Assembly: GCF_001194135.2 (NCBI RefSeq)
Contig: NC_068997.1
Span: 16,260,446-16,293,156 of the forward strand
Direction: 5' to 3'
DNA length: 32,711 nt
Source of the DNA: Octopus bimaculoides
Lineage: Eukaryota
The position numbers and the translations under genes are program-made. The notes beneath the pieces are model-generated. The model ran no database searches. It was not told the origin of the DNA and saw nothing but the letters and a program-made list of their open reading frames with translations. This document shows, piece by piece, positions 1-11,659 of this stretch. Positions within the stretch are counted from its first letter, which is position 1; each line of letters opens with the position of its first letter.

Positions 1-318
1 GTGGCTTTTGGCTGCAATTCTTTGATCATTGGGTTCCCTTCTCGGTCAGATCCAGAACTAGGTCGATATCAGGGTTGACCCAGTGATAAACAAACAACTC
101 ACTGACTTTTTTTTTTTTTCGTGTTGCTATATATATATGTGCATTATAAATTTCGACCTGTAATAACTACGGGTAGCATGTTTATAGAGGAGCAATCACA
201 CTCTCTGTTTTCGGGTTTGTATTTGTGGAAACGCGTTTGGTGGTTTTCTAGCCCCACCCCTCATTTTCTGGATGTATGCGTCTGTATGATTAGGTCGTCT
301 CTCATAATTGTATAATAC

Positions 319-638
319 TCTTTTACTTGTTTCAGTCATTTGACTGCGGCCATGCTGGAGCACCGCCTTTACTCGAATCAAATCGACCCCAGGACTTATT
401 CTTTGTAAGCCTAGTACTTATTCTATCGGTCGCTTTTGCCGAACCGCTAAGTTACGGAGACNNNNNNNNNNATACGACGGGCTTCTTTCAGTTTCCGTCT
501 ACCAAATCCACTCACAAGGCTTTGGTCGGCCCGAGGCTATAGTAGAAGACACTTGCCCAAGATGTCACGCAGTGGGACTGAACCCGGAACCATGTGGTTG
601 GTAAGCAAGCTACTTTCCACACACCCACTCCTGCGCCT
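319..638 (-). mobile_element. tRNA-derived SINE, family A, near full length; internal microsatellite collapsed into the 462-471 gap
   Basis: Minus strand reads AGGCGCAGGAGTGGGTGTGTGG (A-box-like)...GGGTTCAGTCCC (B-box-like)...CTTGGGCAAGTGTCTT (CORE-like)...CATGGCCGCAGTCAAATGACTGAAACAAGTAAAAG. Collinear copies occur at 1279-1661, 9709-10091 and 23600-23915. Confidence 0.9.
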
Positions 639-1204
639 AATCTGCATAATTGTCCTAGTACTCTCTGTATTAGATGAGTAATATTTTCCAGTGTGTTATA
701 ATTATTCATATCTCAGTATATACAGCTCCACACACACGTGTGTGTGTGTGTATGTTCTGAAGAAGATGTGAAACTGCTAGCTGCCATCCATGCATGTCTC
801 ACTTTCCACTGCACTTCCTCTTAGCTCTGTTGTGTGTACAGTGCAGGTGCACCACAACTACTTGCTGCGCATCACACATCGCCTAAAATATCGTTGTTTG
901 ATGTTAAGGGATAAGAACTTCGCTGTGCTGCAACATGCATATAACAACGGAATTCCTTGTCACCTAGCAGTATTATATTTTATGTTCAGCAACCCATCAA
1001 TGCTGGGGGGTTTTTTTCTTCTTTTTTTTAACACTTTATTTTACTTGCTGTTATTGAACGGGGACAGCTCTATTTTCAAGCACTCGCACACACATTTACA
1101 CACACACACACACACAAAGACACACACACACACACATACATACATACATACATACAGGCACACATATACATATGCCTGTGAGTATGTGTGTGTGTGTATG
1201 TTTG

Positions 1205-1270
1205 TCTACCATCGCTTGACAACTGGTTGTTGGTTTGTTTACGTCCCTGTAATTACCAACTCGGCAAAAA
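1205..1270 (+). mobile_element. SINE family A internal fragment directly upstream of the next copy
   Basis: CGCTTGACAACTGGTTGTTGGTTTGTTTACGTCCCTGTAA...CTCGGCAAAA matches the post-microsatellite segment of family A (compare 1475-1530). Confidence 0.7.
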
Positions 1271-1278
1271 TAACAGGG

Positions 1279-1661
1279 GGCGCAGGAGTGGCTGTGTGCT
1301 TCTCAACAACATCGTTGCGTGTTCAGTCCCATTGCGTGGCATTTTGAGCAAGTGTCTTCTTCTATGGCCACGGGTCGACCAAAGCTTTGTGAGTGAATTT
1401 GGTAGGCAGAAACAACCCGTCGTGTGTGTGTGTGTGCTATTCTGTGTGTGTTTTCCCCCTCCCACGTACACCCACTTGACAACTGGTATTGTTATGTTTA
1501 CACCCTTGCAACTTAGCGGTTCGGCAAAAGTGATCGATAGAATAAGTACCAGGCTTAAAAAAAAAAGATTTAAATATTGGGGTCGATTCATACGACTAAA
1601 AAATTCTTCGAGTTGGTGCCTCAGCATGGCCGCAGTCTAATGACAAACAAATAAAAGATAA
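1279..1661 (+). mobile_element. tRNA-derived SINE, family A, full length
   Basis: GGCGCAGGAGTGGCTGTGTG head, GTTCAGTCCC B-box, TTGAGCAAGTGTCTT, internal (TG)n, then CTTAGCGGTTCGGCAAAA...CATGGCCGCAGTCTAATGAC...AAATAAAAGATAA. It is the reverse complement of 319-638. Confidence 0.9.
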
Positions 1662-2045
1662 GCGCGCGCGCACGCACACACATATACGCATGTATGTATG
1701 TATTATGTATGTTGTATGTATGTTATAGTCTGGTAGTGAGTTAAACATTCGCAGAGACGTCTAGGATAGACTTTGTCAAACCGACTGGCAGACACAGACA
1801 CACACGCAGACAGACAGACAGCACAAAACCAGCCAGACAGACAGACAGCCAAGTAGACACAGTGAGACGGAGTGATTGATTGTAGTTAAACCGACATGTA
1901 TGTAGATAATTAGTCGGTTGGTTATTGGTAAATAGTTTGTTTTACTATATCTGTTTGTTAATAGTTGTGGTTTCGAATCCATGTAATTAACTGATGCAGC
2001 CAGTTTAAGCTATGCCTCATTGCTGTCAGTCACCGTTGTCTCTCT

Positions 2046-2078
<33 letters not shown>

Positions 2079-2921
2079 GCCACCCCTACCCCCACCTCTA
2101 TTCCATTAGTCTCTTGACTGTGTTATAACTGTGTCTTCATACCTGGTTGGGGGGGGGAGGCATGCATGTGTGCATACGTGTGATGTGGTGGCTTCAAGCG
2201 TTTTCAGCCATGCCATGAATATCTCAACGTTAACGTTTTTTTTTTACTTCACTTTCCATGCACACTGTGTGTGTGTGTGTTTGTGTTTGTGTGTGTGTGT
2301 GTGTGTTTGTGTGTGTGTATAATAAGCACATAGTACCTATCAACAAACAGTCGGTGTGTCAAGTTGTGTTTAACGTCGAAGCTCAGAAATGTTTTATTGT
2401 TGCCGGGGGAAGTACTAATTACAAAACTACGAGATTGGACTGTTTGTTGGGGGTAGCAATTAACCGAATCTGTTAGGACTTCTATTATTCATTGATTCAC
2501 TCTTTTTCGTTTTATATTTTCTTTTGTCTCTTGTTTTTTTGCATGCTTTTTACTATACTTTTTGTTGTTATTGTGTGTATATATGTGTGAATGTTTGTGG
2601 TACAAGCAGGGAAAATAGAACTCAACACGCAACATAGAGCATACGTATTTCTTTACTATTTAACTGTAAAGTTAGCAGCGTAAGTTACTCAAGGACCTAG
2701 AATTTGGTGCCTTGCACTTTGGCATTAAGCTGAAGGCACTTGTGTAGCTTTGCAGTTGAATCATGTCGATAATGATTTTATACATATATGTACACACACA
2801 CAGACTTTTAGACACCGGCTCGAATCCGGTGGCAGTTATTTTACTTTGCTACTGATGAACTTTTTTAGGAAATGGTAAGACGTCAGAATTCTTCATTTTC
2901 CCACCACTGTCTCAACAAGAC

Positions 2922-2957
<36 letters not shown>

Positions 2958-3235
2958 CCTCAAAACCCCTTGGCATCTGAAATAAAAAAAAAAGCTGATT
3001 ACCTGTCGATGAATGATATCTTAACACCCAGTTGCTAATGCGTGGGATAAACAGGCCATTTATCTCATGCGTTGAATCAACACTCAAGCGCGAATGTTGT
3101 ACAACGAAATCAACAAGACTGCAGACTGTCCCTCCCTCCCTCCCTCCCTCCATCCATCTAANNNNNNNNNNNNNNNNNNNNNNNNNNNNNNNNNNNNNNN
3201 NNNNNNNNNNNNNNNNNNNNNNNNNNNNNNNNNNN

Positions 3236-3545
3236 CGATCACTTTTTCTTTACAGTCCCCTTTATGTACTGAGTTCAGATCCCACCGAGGTCAACTTAAC
3301 CTTTCGTGCCTTCAGAGTCCTTAAAAATCATAACACCAGTCAAGCACTGAATCGCCATCTATAGTGGCTTCTTGCTGGCAGAATCGTTAGCACTCCAGGC
3401 AAAATGCTTAGCGACATTTCGTCCGTCCTTGTGTTCTGAGTTCAAACACCACCGAGGCATTTCATCTTACTGGGGGTCGATGTAATCGACTTAATCCCTT
3501 CACCGAAATTACTGGCCGTATGCCAAATTTGAAACCAGTATTCAT
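3236..3545 (+). mobile_element. Two adjacent SINE family B copies (partial plus internally deleted)
   Basis: CTGAGTTCAGATCCCACCGAGGTCAAC near 3274, then CTGGCAGAATCGTTAGCAC...CTGAGTTCAAAC...GGGGTCGATGTAATCGACT...GCCAAATTTGAAACC; both match 18915-19144. Confidence 0.8.
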
Positions 3546-4248
3546 CTACAACATTCTGGATGTGAAACAAATTCTAATTGAAGACTAAGAATGAGGTGCG
3601 ATTAATTTGACCCTGGTTTCTACCTGTCTCTTTGCCCGTCTACCATCAGTCTATCGCTCTATCTGTCTGTCTACAATAGGGTTTCCAAACCGATTACACC
3701 ATCCTGTCTAATACTATTCAAGTGCTCATTTGGGGGTTTTGCGACACCGTTACAAATAACCAACGTACAGCTGTTCATTAATACTTGGCAGGATTTGACC
3801 TCACAATGTAAAAGCACGTAACTCACTTTCACGTACTTTTATCGGTGTTTCAGTTCGAACTATTTTTATATATAGCACAGCCGTTCAACAAAAGTGCTGT
3901 GTTAGTTGAACGGCTGTATATATTAAGGAAAATGTGCGCGTGTGTGTGTGACAGTGAGAGAGAGGAGCGGGGGGTGAGAAAGGAAAATTATGTAGGTATA
4001 TAAAACACACACATCATCATCACATTCTCTTAGAGACCCGTACGAATGCTTACATTTTATACAGTTGAGTGCACATTCATACAAACTTAAGACCTGTTTC
4101 ATTCTTTTCTTCGCATACATATAGACAATCACTTGAATGTACACGTACGCACTCACACACACACACCCCTCCTCTCTCTCTCTCTTCCTCTCTCTTAGGT
4201 GATGACATATTTAACAGTCATATATTGTGTTAATTTAGCCCAGATAGG

Positions 4249-4304
<56 letters not shown>

Positions 4305-4467
4305 CACACATACACACACACAAAAGTTTGGCACGTGTGCACCTGATATCACCTATCCACGCATTGACGAACATCTTTCACGCGCATCACTTCAGATTAA
4401 CCGCCTCTAGAGTGTGACACAACATTTGCATATATCTATATACTACACACACACATGCAAGCATGGA

Positions 4468-4590
4468 TCTGAACAATTAAATCGACTACAGTGCTTAATT
4501 GGTCTTTGTTTTATCGACCGTAGCGAGATTTGAACTCAGGACGTCACCAAATACTTTAAAACAAATAGACTGTTAATGCCAACGATTCCT
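4468..4590 (-). mobile_element. Degenerate SINE family B
   Basis: Plus strand TTTTATCGACC...GAGATTTGAACTCAG...AACGATTC is the reverse complement of family B motifs. Confidence 0.6.
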
Positions 4591-4639
4591 GTTCATTCTA
4601 CAATGCTATGCTTGCAATACTTTTAAATTGTTGCATGTA

Positions 4640-5084
4640 AATCTAAAACTCCAGAACCTGCTACAAACTCTGACCACCTTTCTTTCATATCTTACTTTCT
4701 CAATCATACACCTCCCACACTCTTCCACATCACTAACAGCGTCTCTTATTGATTTCCATCGTCTCTTTCTATATCAATTCTTCCATGCCAGTCCTTGATT
4801 TGTATATTCCCATTCGCAATTCTGCAACCCAAATAGTAAGATCCTCATCCCCCATCTCTCTCTCACTTCGAAGAAGGACAACTGTCTGAAACGTTGGATT
4901 ATTTTACACTTCTCAGCAAATCTTCTCACTAAACTCTTCAATGAGCTGTTTAAATGTTGATTTGTTAAATGCCCGTAGCATCTTAATTAGGACTCACTAC
5001 CACCACCTCTCGCTCTCACACACTGATACCTATACACTCACATTTCTACCTCCTTCCATCTCTCACACACATACTTTCTTACCC

Positions 5085-5123
<39 letters not shown>

Positions 5124-5500
5124 CACCCTGTACTTCCTTTCCACTTCCTCTCTCTCTCTCTTGCCACAGTTCACATTGTGATCCTACTTCGAATTTAACC
5201 ATCAACTTCCAACACTAGGTCTGCCCGTCTTGAAGCCATCACCACTGGAGACTGATTTCCACCTCTAAACTTAACCATTAACAACGAGATCGCTTCTTCG
5301 TGATGGCTCGACTTGCTGAAAATTACAGCCACACTTCCTTGAAATTACACCCCATCAGCTTGGAGGAAAAAGCAGGGCACATTGGATAATGTAATCCTAG
5401 ACGGAATACCTCTGATAAAACGATGGGTTTGGTACCACTGACAATTGATCACGTGTGCTTGAAGGTTGACATTCGAGTAACAGTAACAACACTTACAATA
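4640..5500 (+). mobile_element. Possible Penelope-like element relic (pseudo-LTR with hammerhead-like motif, then possible decayed ORF N-terminus)
   Basis: TCGAAGA-A-GGAC-AACT-GTCT-GAAA-CGTT at 4868-4895. Downstream SKLNH*QRDRFFVMARLAENYSHTSLKLHP loosely resembles the PLE N-terminal H..FL..C..E..IPKGLKL motif. Many stops and frameshifts; boundaries approximate. Confidence 0.35.
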
Positions 5501-6224
5501 ACACCAATGGCAGACACAACCTTCTCTTCCGCCGTCAGCACCACCACCGCCACCACTACCAACAACAACAACAATAGATTTAACCCAATCAACTACCAAC
5601 AAGAACAACAAAAACTTACCCTCTCCCCACAACAACTGCTAAATTACCTTTTAGTCTCTGAATAATTAATTAGATCGACTGCTTATCCATAGCATTTATA
5701 AATAGTTCCTTTTTTTTATGTGTGTGGTTTTATGCTTTTCAATCGAACCATTTCGGTTATTGTATGGCAAATTCACCATCAGACAAACAATTTTTTTTGT
5801 AAATAACAAACAGCAATAATTGTAATTAGTAAACGTGCAAAAGATTAAATAAAACAAAACAAGAATTGTTGCTGAATTTTGTTCGTTGTTTTTTGTCTTT
5901 TATTTCAGTTTTAGTTTTAGTTTTTTCCGTTTTTTAATCCAGGTTCTTTATTTTCTTAAAGTAGAGTGGTTTCCGGTTGCTTTTGGAATTATTTTTGCGA
6001 AAGAAAAAAATGACTAGGTAGGTGATCGATGTGGTGGGATGGTAGTACGGTCAATACTTCCCAATTATGGACTTACGTATTCTACGTTCGAGTCCTCAAC
6101 CATTTACTTAATGGTATGCATCAGAAAATATAGAAAGAAATAGATCGACAGATATAAAAAACACAGGTAGATAAAGAAAACGCACCAAAACGAAGTAATG
6201 CCTATCATTTTAGTTTGTGAGTTT

Positions 6225-6460
6225 CATATCCGGCTGGTTTGGTTTTCGCTTTCATCTTTCCAGGGTCGATAAAAAAATGTTGTGGCCTGTGCCAGCCAGT
6301 GTAAGAAACGGGGGTAGTTGGTTGCGAAGTAACAGAAAAAGGACAAAGTGCCGCCGGGCCTAAATTGCTTCATTCAGATTCTGCCCGATGTGAACTGGAC
6401 ATCGCATTCGTTCCGAGGGTCCATAAATCGAGTACCTATCATGCACTTGTAGTCGGTTCA
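6225..6460 (+). mobile_element. Degenerate SINE family B fragments
   Basis: CTTTCATCTTTCCAGGGTCGATAAAA near 6250 and TTCAGATTCTGCCCGATGTGAACT...CGTTCCGAGGGTCCATAAATCGAGTACC near 6373-6437. Confidence 0.55.
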
Positions 6461-7017
6461 GCAGCAGTACTTTTCCTCTTACGTACACGCAGCCCTGTGG
6501 TAATAGAGAAAATAAACAATAAATATAAATACTACTACTACTACTACTACTAGCAATATCTACATCAGTACTTGAATCGTCGCACATTGGTAACTGCAGC
6601 ATCGTCACTAAGAGCTTATACACAGACATCATCTCTAAGTGTATATAACACCCTACCATCAACAACAGCAACAACAACACTGGTCTCACAAACCACGTGT
6701 GTGTGGGCTACACCAAAAACCAGTCCCGACTCGATAAACGCGTTTACATTGCTGTTTCCAGTGACTTTGGTGAATTGATTGATTACGAGAGGCTCTTAGC
6801 TGGAACTGAACCTCTGAACGTCAGTTTTCTTGTGTGAGTTTCAAATGTCTAGGCGTATATGTTCGTGGATCTGTGCAATTTATATACTTTTACTCGAATG
6901 TGTAATGTGTGTGTGTGTCTATCAGTTGAGGTGTTTATCGTCGGATAAGCAAGCAAGCAAAGTAATTTACATTAAGACAATACAAGAAATAGGAGGGGGT
7001 GTGTGTGCGAGAGAGTA

Positions 7018-7052
<35 letters not shown>

Positions 7053-7059
7053 ATTGCAT

Positions 7060-7420
7060 CATCACCATTCGTAACATCCGGCTCTCACTTTACAAAACAA
7101 CCCGCATTTCTTCTCATTGAACCGAACAAAATTGACAGGAAAACAAAGTTGCTTGGTTTTCTGTTAAAGTTATTTTTTCATTATTATTATTATTGTTATT
7201 GTTTTTGTTTTTTTAGTTCGGTTATCTTCCTTCTCTTTCTTTTTGTTTTTTCTGAAGAAAGAAGAGAAAATCTGATGGTAAAAATGTAGCGAGAGAAAGC
7301 GTAAGAGAGAGACGGAAGGCGAGCGAGAGACACAGAGAGAGAGGGAGAGAGAAAGGGAAATAAGACAAAATGGCGGAGATAACTGACCAAAAAGCGGCGT
7401 ATCTTAGCAACCATTGTCTT
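7060..7420. promoter_or_regulatory. Promoter-like motif cluster (ETS, GA repeats, YY1, RFX half-site)
   Basis: ACATCCGG 7074-7081, (GA)n tracts, CAAAATGGCGG 7366-7376, TTAGCAACCA 7404-7413. Motif matches only; no transcript evidence. Confidence 0.3.
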
Positions 7421-7624
7421 CATGATAAATTACAGTAGTGATTTGTTATGGTGTTGAGGGCGGAGAAGGTTAATTCGTCTTTCTTTCTTTCTTTTCTCTG
7501 TCTATTTCGCTTTCATTCATTCATTATTTGCCTTCTTTTTATTTTATATATATAGTTTCTTTACTGTCAACTAGTTTGAAAGTTTGCTTGCACAGTTGGC
7601 AATGGTGTTGACGGCAGCAGCAGC

Positions 7625-7663
<39 letters not shown>
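7625..7663. repeat. (AGT)n microsatellite
   Basis: Direct reading. Confidence 0.97.
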
Positions 7664-7672
<9 letters not shown>

Positions 7673-8110
7673 GATAGTCGTCGTCATGGTAGTGGTGATA
7701 GTAAATGGTTACGGTATATTATTATTGGTAGTATTGGTTAGCGATTATTAAATACTGGTGGAGTTTTGAAGTGCAAAAAAAAGACGACAAAAACACCTTT
7801 ACATATTCTTTCCTTGTTTGACGATTCTTGTCGGCGAAAATGTAGAGAGAGAGAGGTGGATTGAATAAGAGAGATGAATTAGAAAGGACAAATACTAATA
7901 ATAGAGGAAGATGAGAAATATTTGCATTTAATTCAAAATGCTTTAAAAAAAAATAAATATACGAACTACCACTCAACAACACTAATTATGACACAACACA
8001 CTAATTATACAACGTGTAACATTAAATAAAACGATAGTGTGTTTGGGATAACAGATCAAGTAATTTTAGCTGCATACGTGCCATAGCACCTCTTTTATTT
8101 AGCAGTATGA

Positions 8111-8112
<2 letters not shown>

Positions 8113-8156
<44 letters not shown>
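8113..8156. repeat. (ATT)n microsatellite at the 5' side of a SINE B pair
   Basis: Direct reading. Confidence 0.97.
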
Positions 8157-8162
8157 CTAAAA

Positions 8163-8312
8163 GGTGGCGAGCTGGCAGAATCGTTAGCACGCCGGACGAA
8201 ATGCTTAACGGTTAGTCCGCCCGTCGTTACGTTCTGAGTTCAAATTCCGTCGAGGTTGCCTTTACCTTTCATTCCTTCGGGGGTCGATAAATTAACTACC
8301 AGTGAAACACTG
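8163..8312 (+). mobile_element. SINE family B (tRNA-like head plus Meta-like domain), 3'-truncated
   Basis: GGTGGCGAGCTGGCAGAATCGTTAGCACGCCGGACGAAATGC...GAGTTCAAATTCC...CCTTTCATTCCTTCGGGGGTCGATAAATTAACTACCAG. Confidence 0.9.
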
Positions 8313-8316
8313 AAGG

Positions 8317-8354
<38 letters not shown>

Positions 8355-8372
8355 CATCATTATTATTAAAAA

Positions 8373-8606
8373 GGCGGCGGGCTGGCACAATCGTTAACAC
8401 GCTGGACGAAATGGGTAGCAGTATTTTTGCATGTCGCTATGTTCTGAGTGCAATTTCCGGCAAGGTCCACTTTGCCTTTCATCCTTTCGGAGTTGATAAA
8501 ATTAAGTACGAGTAACGCACTGTAGTTGGTGTAATCCACTACCCCACCCCCAACCTACAAAATTGCAGGCTTTGTGTCTATAGTAGAAAGGATTGCTATT
8601 ATTATT
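8373..8606 (+). mobile_element. SINE family B, full length with (ATT)n tail
   Basis: Same head and body as 8163-8312, ending GGCTTTGTGTCTATAGTAGAAAGGATTGCTATTATTATT. Confidence 0.88.
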
Positions 8607-8654
8607 AAATACGTTTTCATGTCGATGTTACTACCTCTCACTCTCTCTTATTCC

Positions 8655-8752
<98 letters not shown>

Positions 8753-9708
8753 TGCTAAGAAGTTTTCTAATTTGGTTCGTGGGCCCGAGACGTATTACAG
8801 GGGTTTCATCCTAAAAATAAACCTATCAGGCCCTCTGAATTTATTTCCCAGGTCTCTCCTTCCAGATTCTTAAAAGTAGTCAATATCCTTTTATCTCTGA
8901 CGAATTTAACTCGGACACACACACACGTACACGCGCGCGCGTTCGTTGTGTATTTGCCGTTCATTTTTCTTTGTCTCTTTTTCTCTCTTCACTCTGGTTA
9001 CATTTCACTTCTCAGATTTTCGCTGGCAACCCCCTTATCATCCACTCCTCCCACCACCGCTCTCATCTTCCTTATCACTATATCTACCTCTCTTTTACTC
9101 TCTCTCTCTCTCTCTCTCTCTCTCCTCAACGGAACTCACTTCTTTCTTTCACCTTTCTATAATTGTTCTTTTTGTCAGCTTTGTTATTCTTTCCCCCCTT
9201 ATATACCTCATCAACCCGTCTCAATGAATCTAACTCTCTTCTCCAATCTTCTTTGTCGGTCACTTTCGTAGATATCGATTAACATCTTCCGATCACGCAC
9301 AGCCTGATCGATATATAGACTGGCAGATAGATTTGAATGCTGCAGACTTTGTCTTAGTAAGATGTAATTAACTGGCATTTCTTCCATGACCGACCAAATT
9401 TCATTCAGTGTGTGTGTGTGTGTGTGTGTGTGTTGATATACGTATAACACACACACACACCGATGAGTAAATCAGCATGTGATATTGGACTCTAATTAAA
9501 AATCTGAGAAATTTATGAGGCACATTGTGTATATATGTAGATGTGTATATATAAATGCGTTTATAAGGCACATTCTATGAATGCATAATATGCGTATATG
9601 AATGGTATAAACTGAAAATAAATTAAGGCATAGAAATCAAAATAATATACATATCTAACATACACACACACACACACACACACACTCACACACATATATA
9701 TATATATA

Positions 9709-10091
9709 TCTTTTACTTCTTTCTGTCAGTGGACTGCGACCATGCTGGGGCACCGCATTGAAGGGTTTAGTTGAAGAAATCAGCCCCAGTACATATTTAT
9801 TTAACACTGGTACTTATTATATTGGTCTATTTCGAACCGAACCGCTAAGCTACATGACGTAAACAAACCAACGCCGGTTGTCAAGCGGTGGTGGTGTGGG
9901 TCAAACACAAATCCATGCATGCACGCACGCACGCACGCACAGATGTTTACGACGGGCTTCTTTCAGTTTCCGTCTACCGAATCCACTCACAAGGCTAAGG
10001 GATTATCGAAGACACTTGGTCGAAGTGTAACGTAATGGAACTGAACTCGAAATCCATGTGGTTTGGAAACAAAGTACTTACCATGCACCCA
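9709..10091 (-). mobile_element. SINE family A, diverged full length
   Basis: GACTGCGACCATGCTGGGGCACCGC...GAACCGCTAAGCTAC...ACGACGGGCTTCTTTCAGTTTCCGTCTACC...GAAGACACTTGG...CCATGTGGTTTGG, collinear with 319-638. Confidence 0.88.
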
Positions 10092-10927
10092 CAAGGAGAA
10101 TTGGCATCAAAGATGGCTTAACAAAATGAAGAACACGAAGGTGCATCGGCTGGTTTGAATGGTGAAGATGAAGGTGGGGTGGGGGATAGTACGGAGGTGT
10201 AGGGTCCCATTAATGATTGACGCATAATGAATAAAGTCTAAACGATGTTGTTGTTGTTGATTAACTCTAGATTCGCATTGATCATACAAGATCTATGATC
10301 TGCATTGTCTAATGTTTTCTTCTTGTTTCTTTTTCTCTCTCTCTTTTTTCTGTTCTTCAACATGAAGAGGGTTTGGCTATTACTTCTAGCACGCCAAGCG
10401 TCTCCATAAAGCCGTTCGCTGGTCGGCCCAGACGATAATTGGTGATGGTAGTTGGCGGGGGGGGGGGCGAGGTGACAGGTGTGAGGTGTTTCAGCGTCGA
10501 GTTAGAAAAGCAGACGTTTATTAGCAATTGCATTTATTGATGCGGGTGTGGAGGTGTACACGTTGAAGAAGATGAGGTACCTCCCAGTCTTGCAGCCTCT
10601 CAAACTCACTTTCGTTACACACACACACACATCCACACATATATATATGGAAAGAGAGAGAGAGAGAAGAGAGTGTGTGTGTATTTCTCACAGAGACAGA
10701 ATGAAGGTGCTGAAGATATACCAGAAAAAAACACAAAAACACACATACACAGGTGGTACGACTGTTAAGGTGCCAGATTCTGTAATGCTGTTAGTTAAAA
10801 AGGGGCGGTTAACAGAGACCATTAACAGCCTACTCCCAGACATATTTACACACACACGCGTGCATGTGTGTGCGCGAGATTCTTATATGCGATATTTATA
10901 TGTGCGACTGTGTGTATAGACATGTGA

Positions 10928-10982
<55 letters not shown>

Positions 10983-11564
10983 AGCGTGTTATGTATGTGC
11001 TCATATGTGAGATATGCAGTACATAGAGTCAGCTCCGAATCTATAGACTTCCAGTCTTGCTTGCAGTCGCCTCTAGTTTAGAAGTTGGCGTCTAATCCGT
11101 GTGAAGTTGAAAAAAAAAATAGAAAATAAAAAAGGCACCGTTTAGACTTTTTCCTCTATTATTTTGTTTTCTTTTTTGTCGAAAATATATATTGTTACAT
11201 ACAATCAATATCTTTTAATTTTTAGTTTAACCACACCCGCCATTGAAAGTGGTTGAGGTTGAAGCTGTGTGAGTGTGTGTGTGTGTGTGTGTGTGTTGTT
11301 TTCTAATTGTGTTTGAAAATTTCTTTTATTTTACAGTTAAATTCATTTTATTTGTCTGGCTCTGAAAAAAGAAAAAAAAAATCATTGAATTTGCTGCAAC
11401 CTCATTTTGTTGTTTGTGAGGAACGTGTGTTTGGTGTGTAGGTGTCATAATTGTTAGTTTTGTTTTGTGTATGTGTGTTCATCAGCGTAGGTAGGCATTT
11501 GCGCACACACCCACACATACACCAACACACACGCATACACATTTATATATACACGCACACACAA

Positions 11565-11595
<31 letters not shown>

Positions 11596-11659
11596 GCACG
11601 GTATTGACCAGATTATCGGATGTTATACATCGATGGTCACAATACGCTTGGCATTATTT

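Noticed and set aside
2798-2835. T-arm-like hairpin CACCGG-CTCGAAT-CCGGTG with CAGACTTTTA (tRNA-like); also an LLDTGS protease-like peptide
   Set aside because: No acceptor stem or D-arm, so not a tRNA gene. The peptide stops after about 15 codons without further retroviral protease features.
6572-6835. Open frames including ...SRLDKRVYIAVSSDFGELIDYERLLAGTEPLNVSFL
   Set aside because: Protein-like by eye but with no identifiable homology, an in-frame stop upstream and no clear acceptor; cannot be supported.
10521-10919. Protein-like ORFs (SEFERLQDWEVPHLL...; MEVYTLKKMRYLP...)
   Set aside because: No recognisable domain or convincing splice sites, and partly microsatellite-derived.
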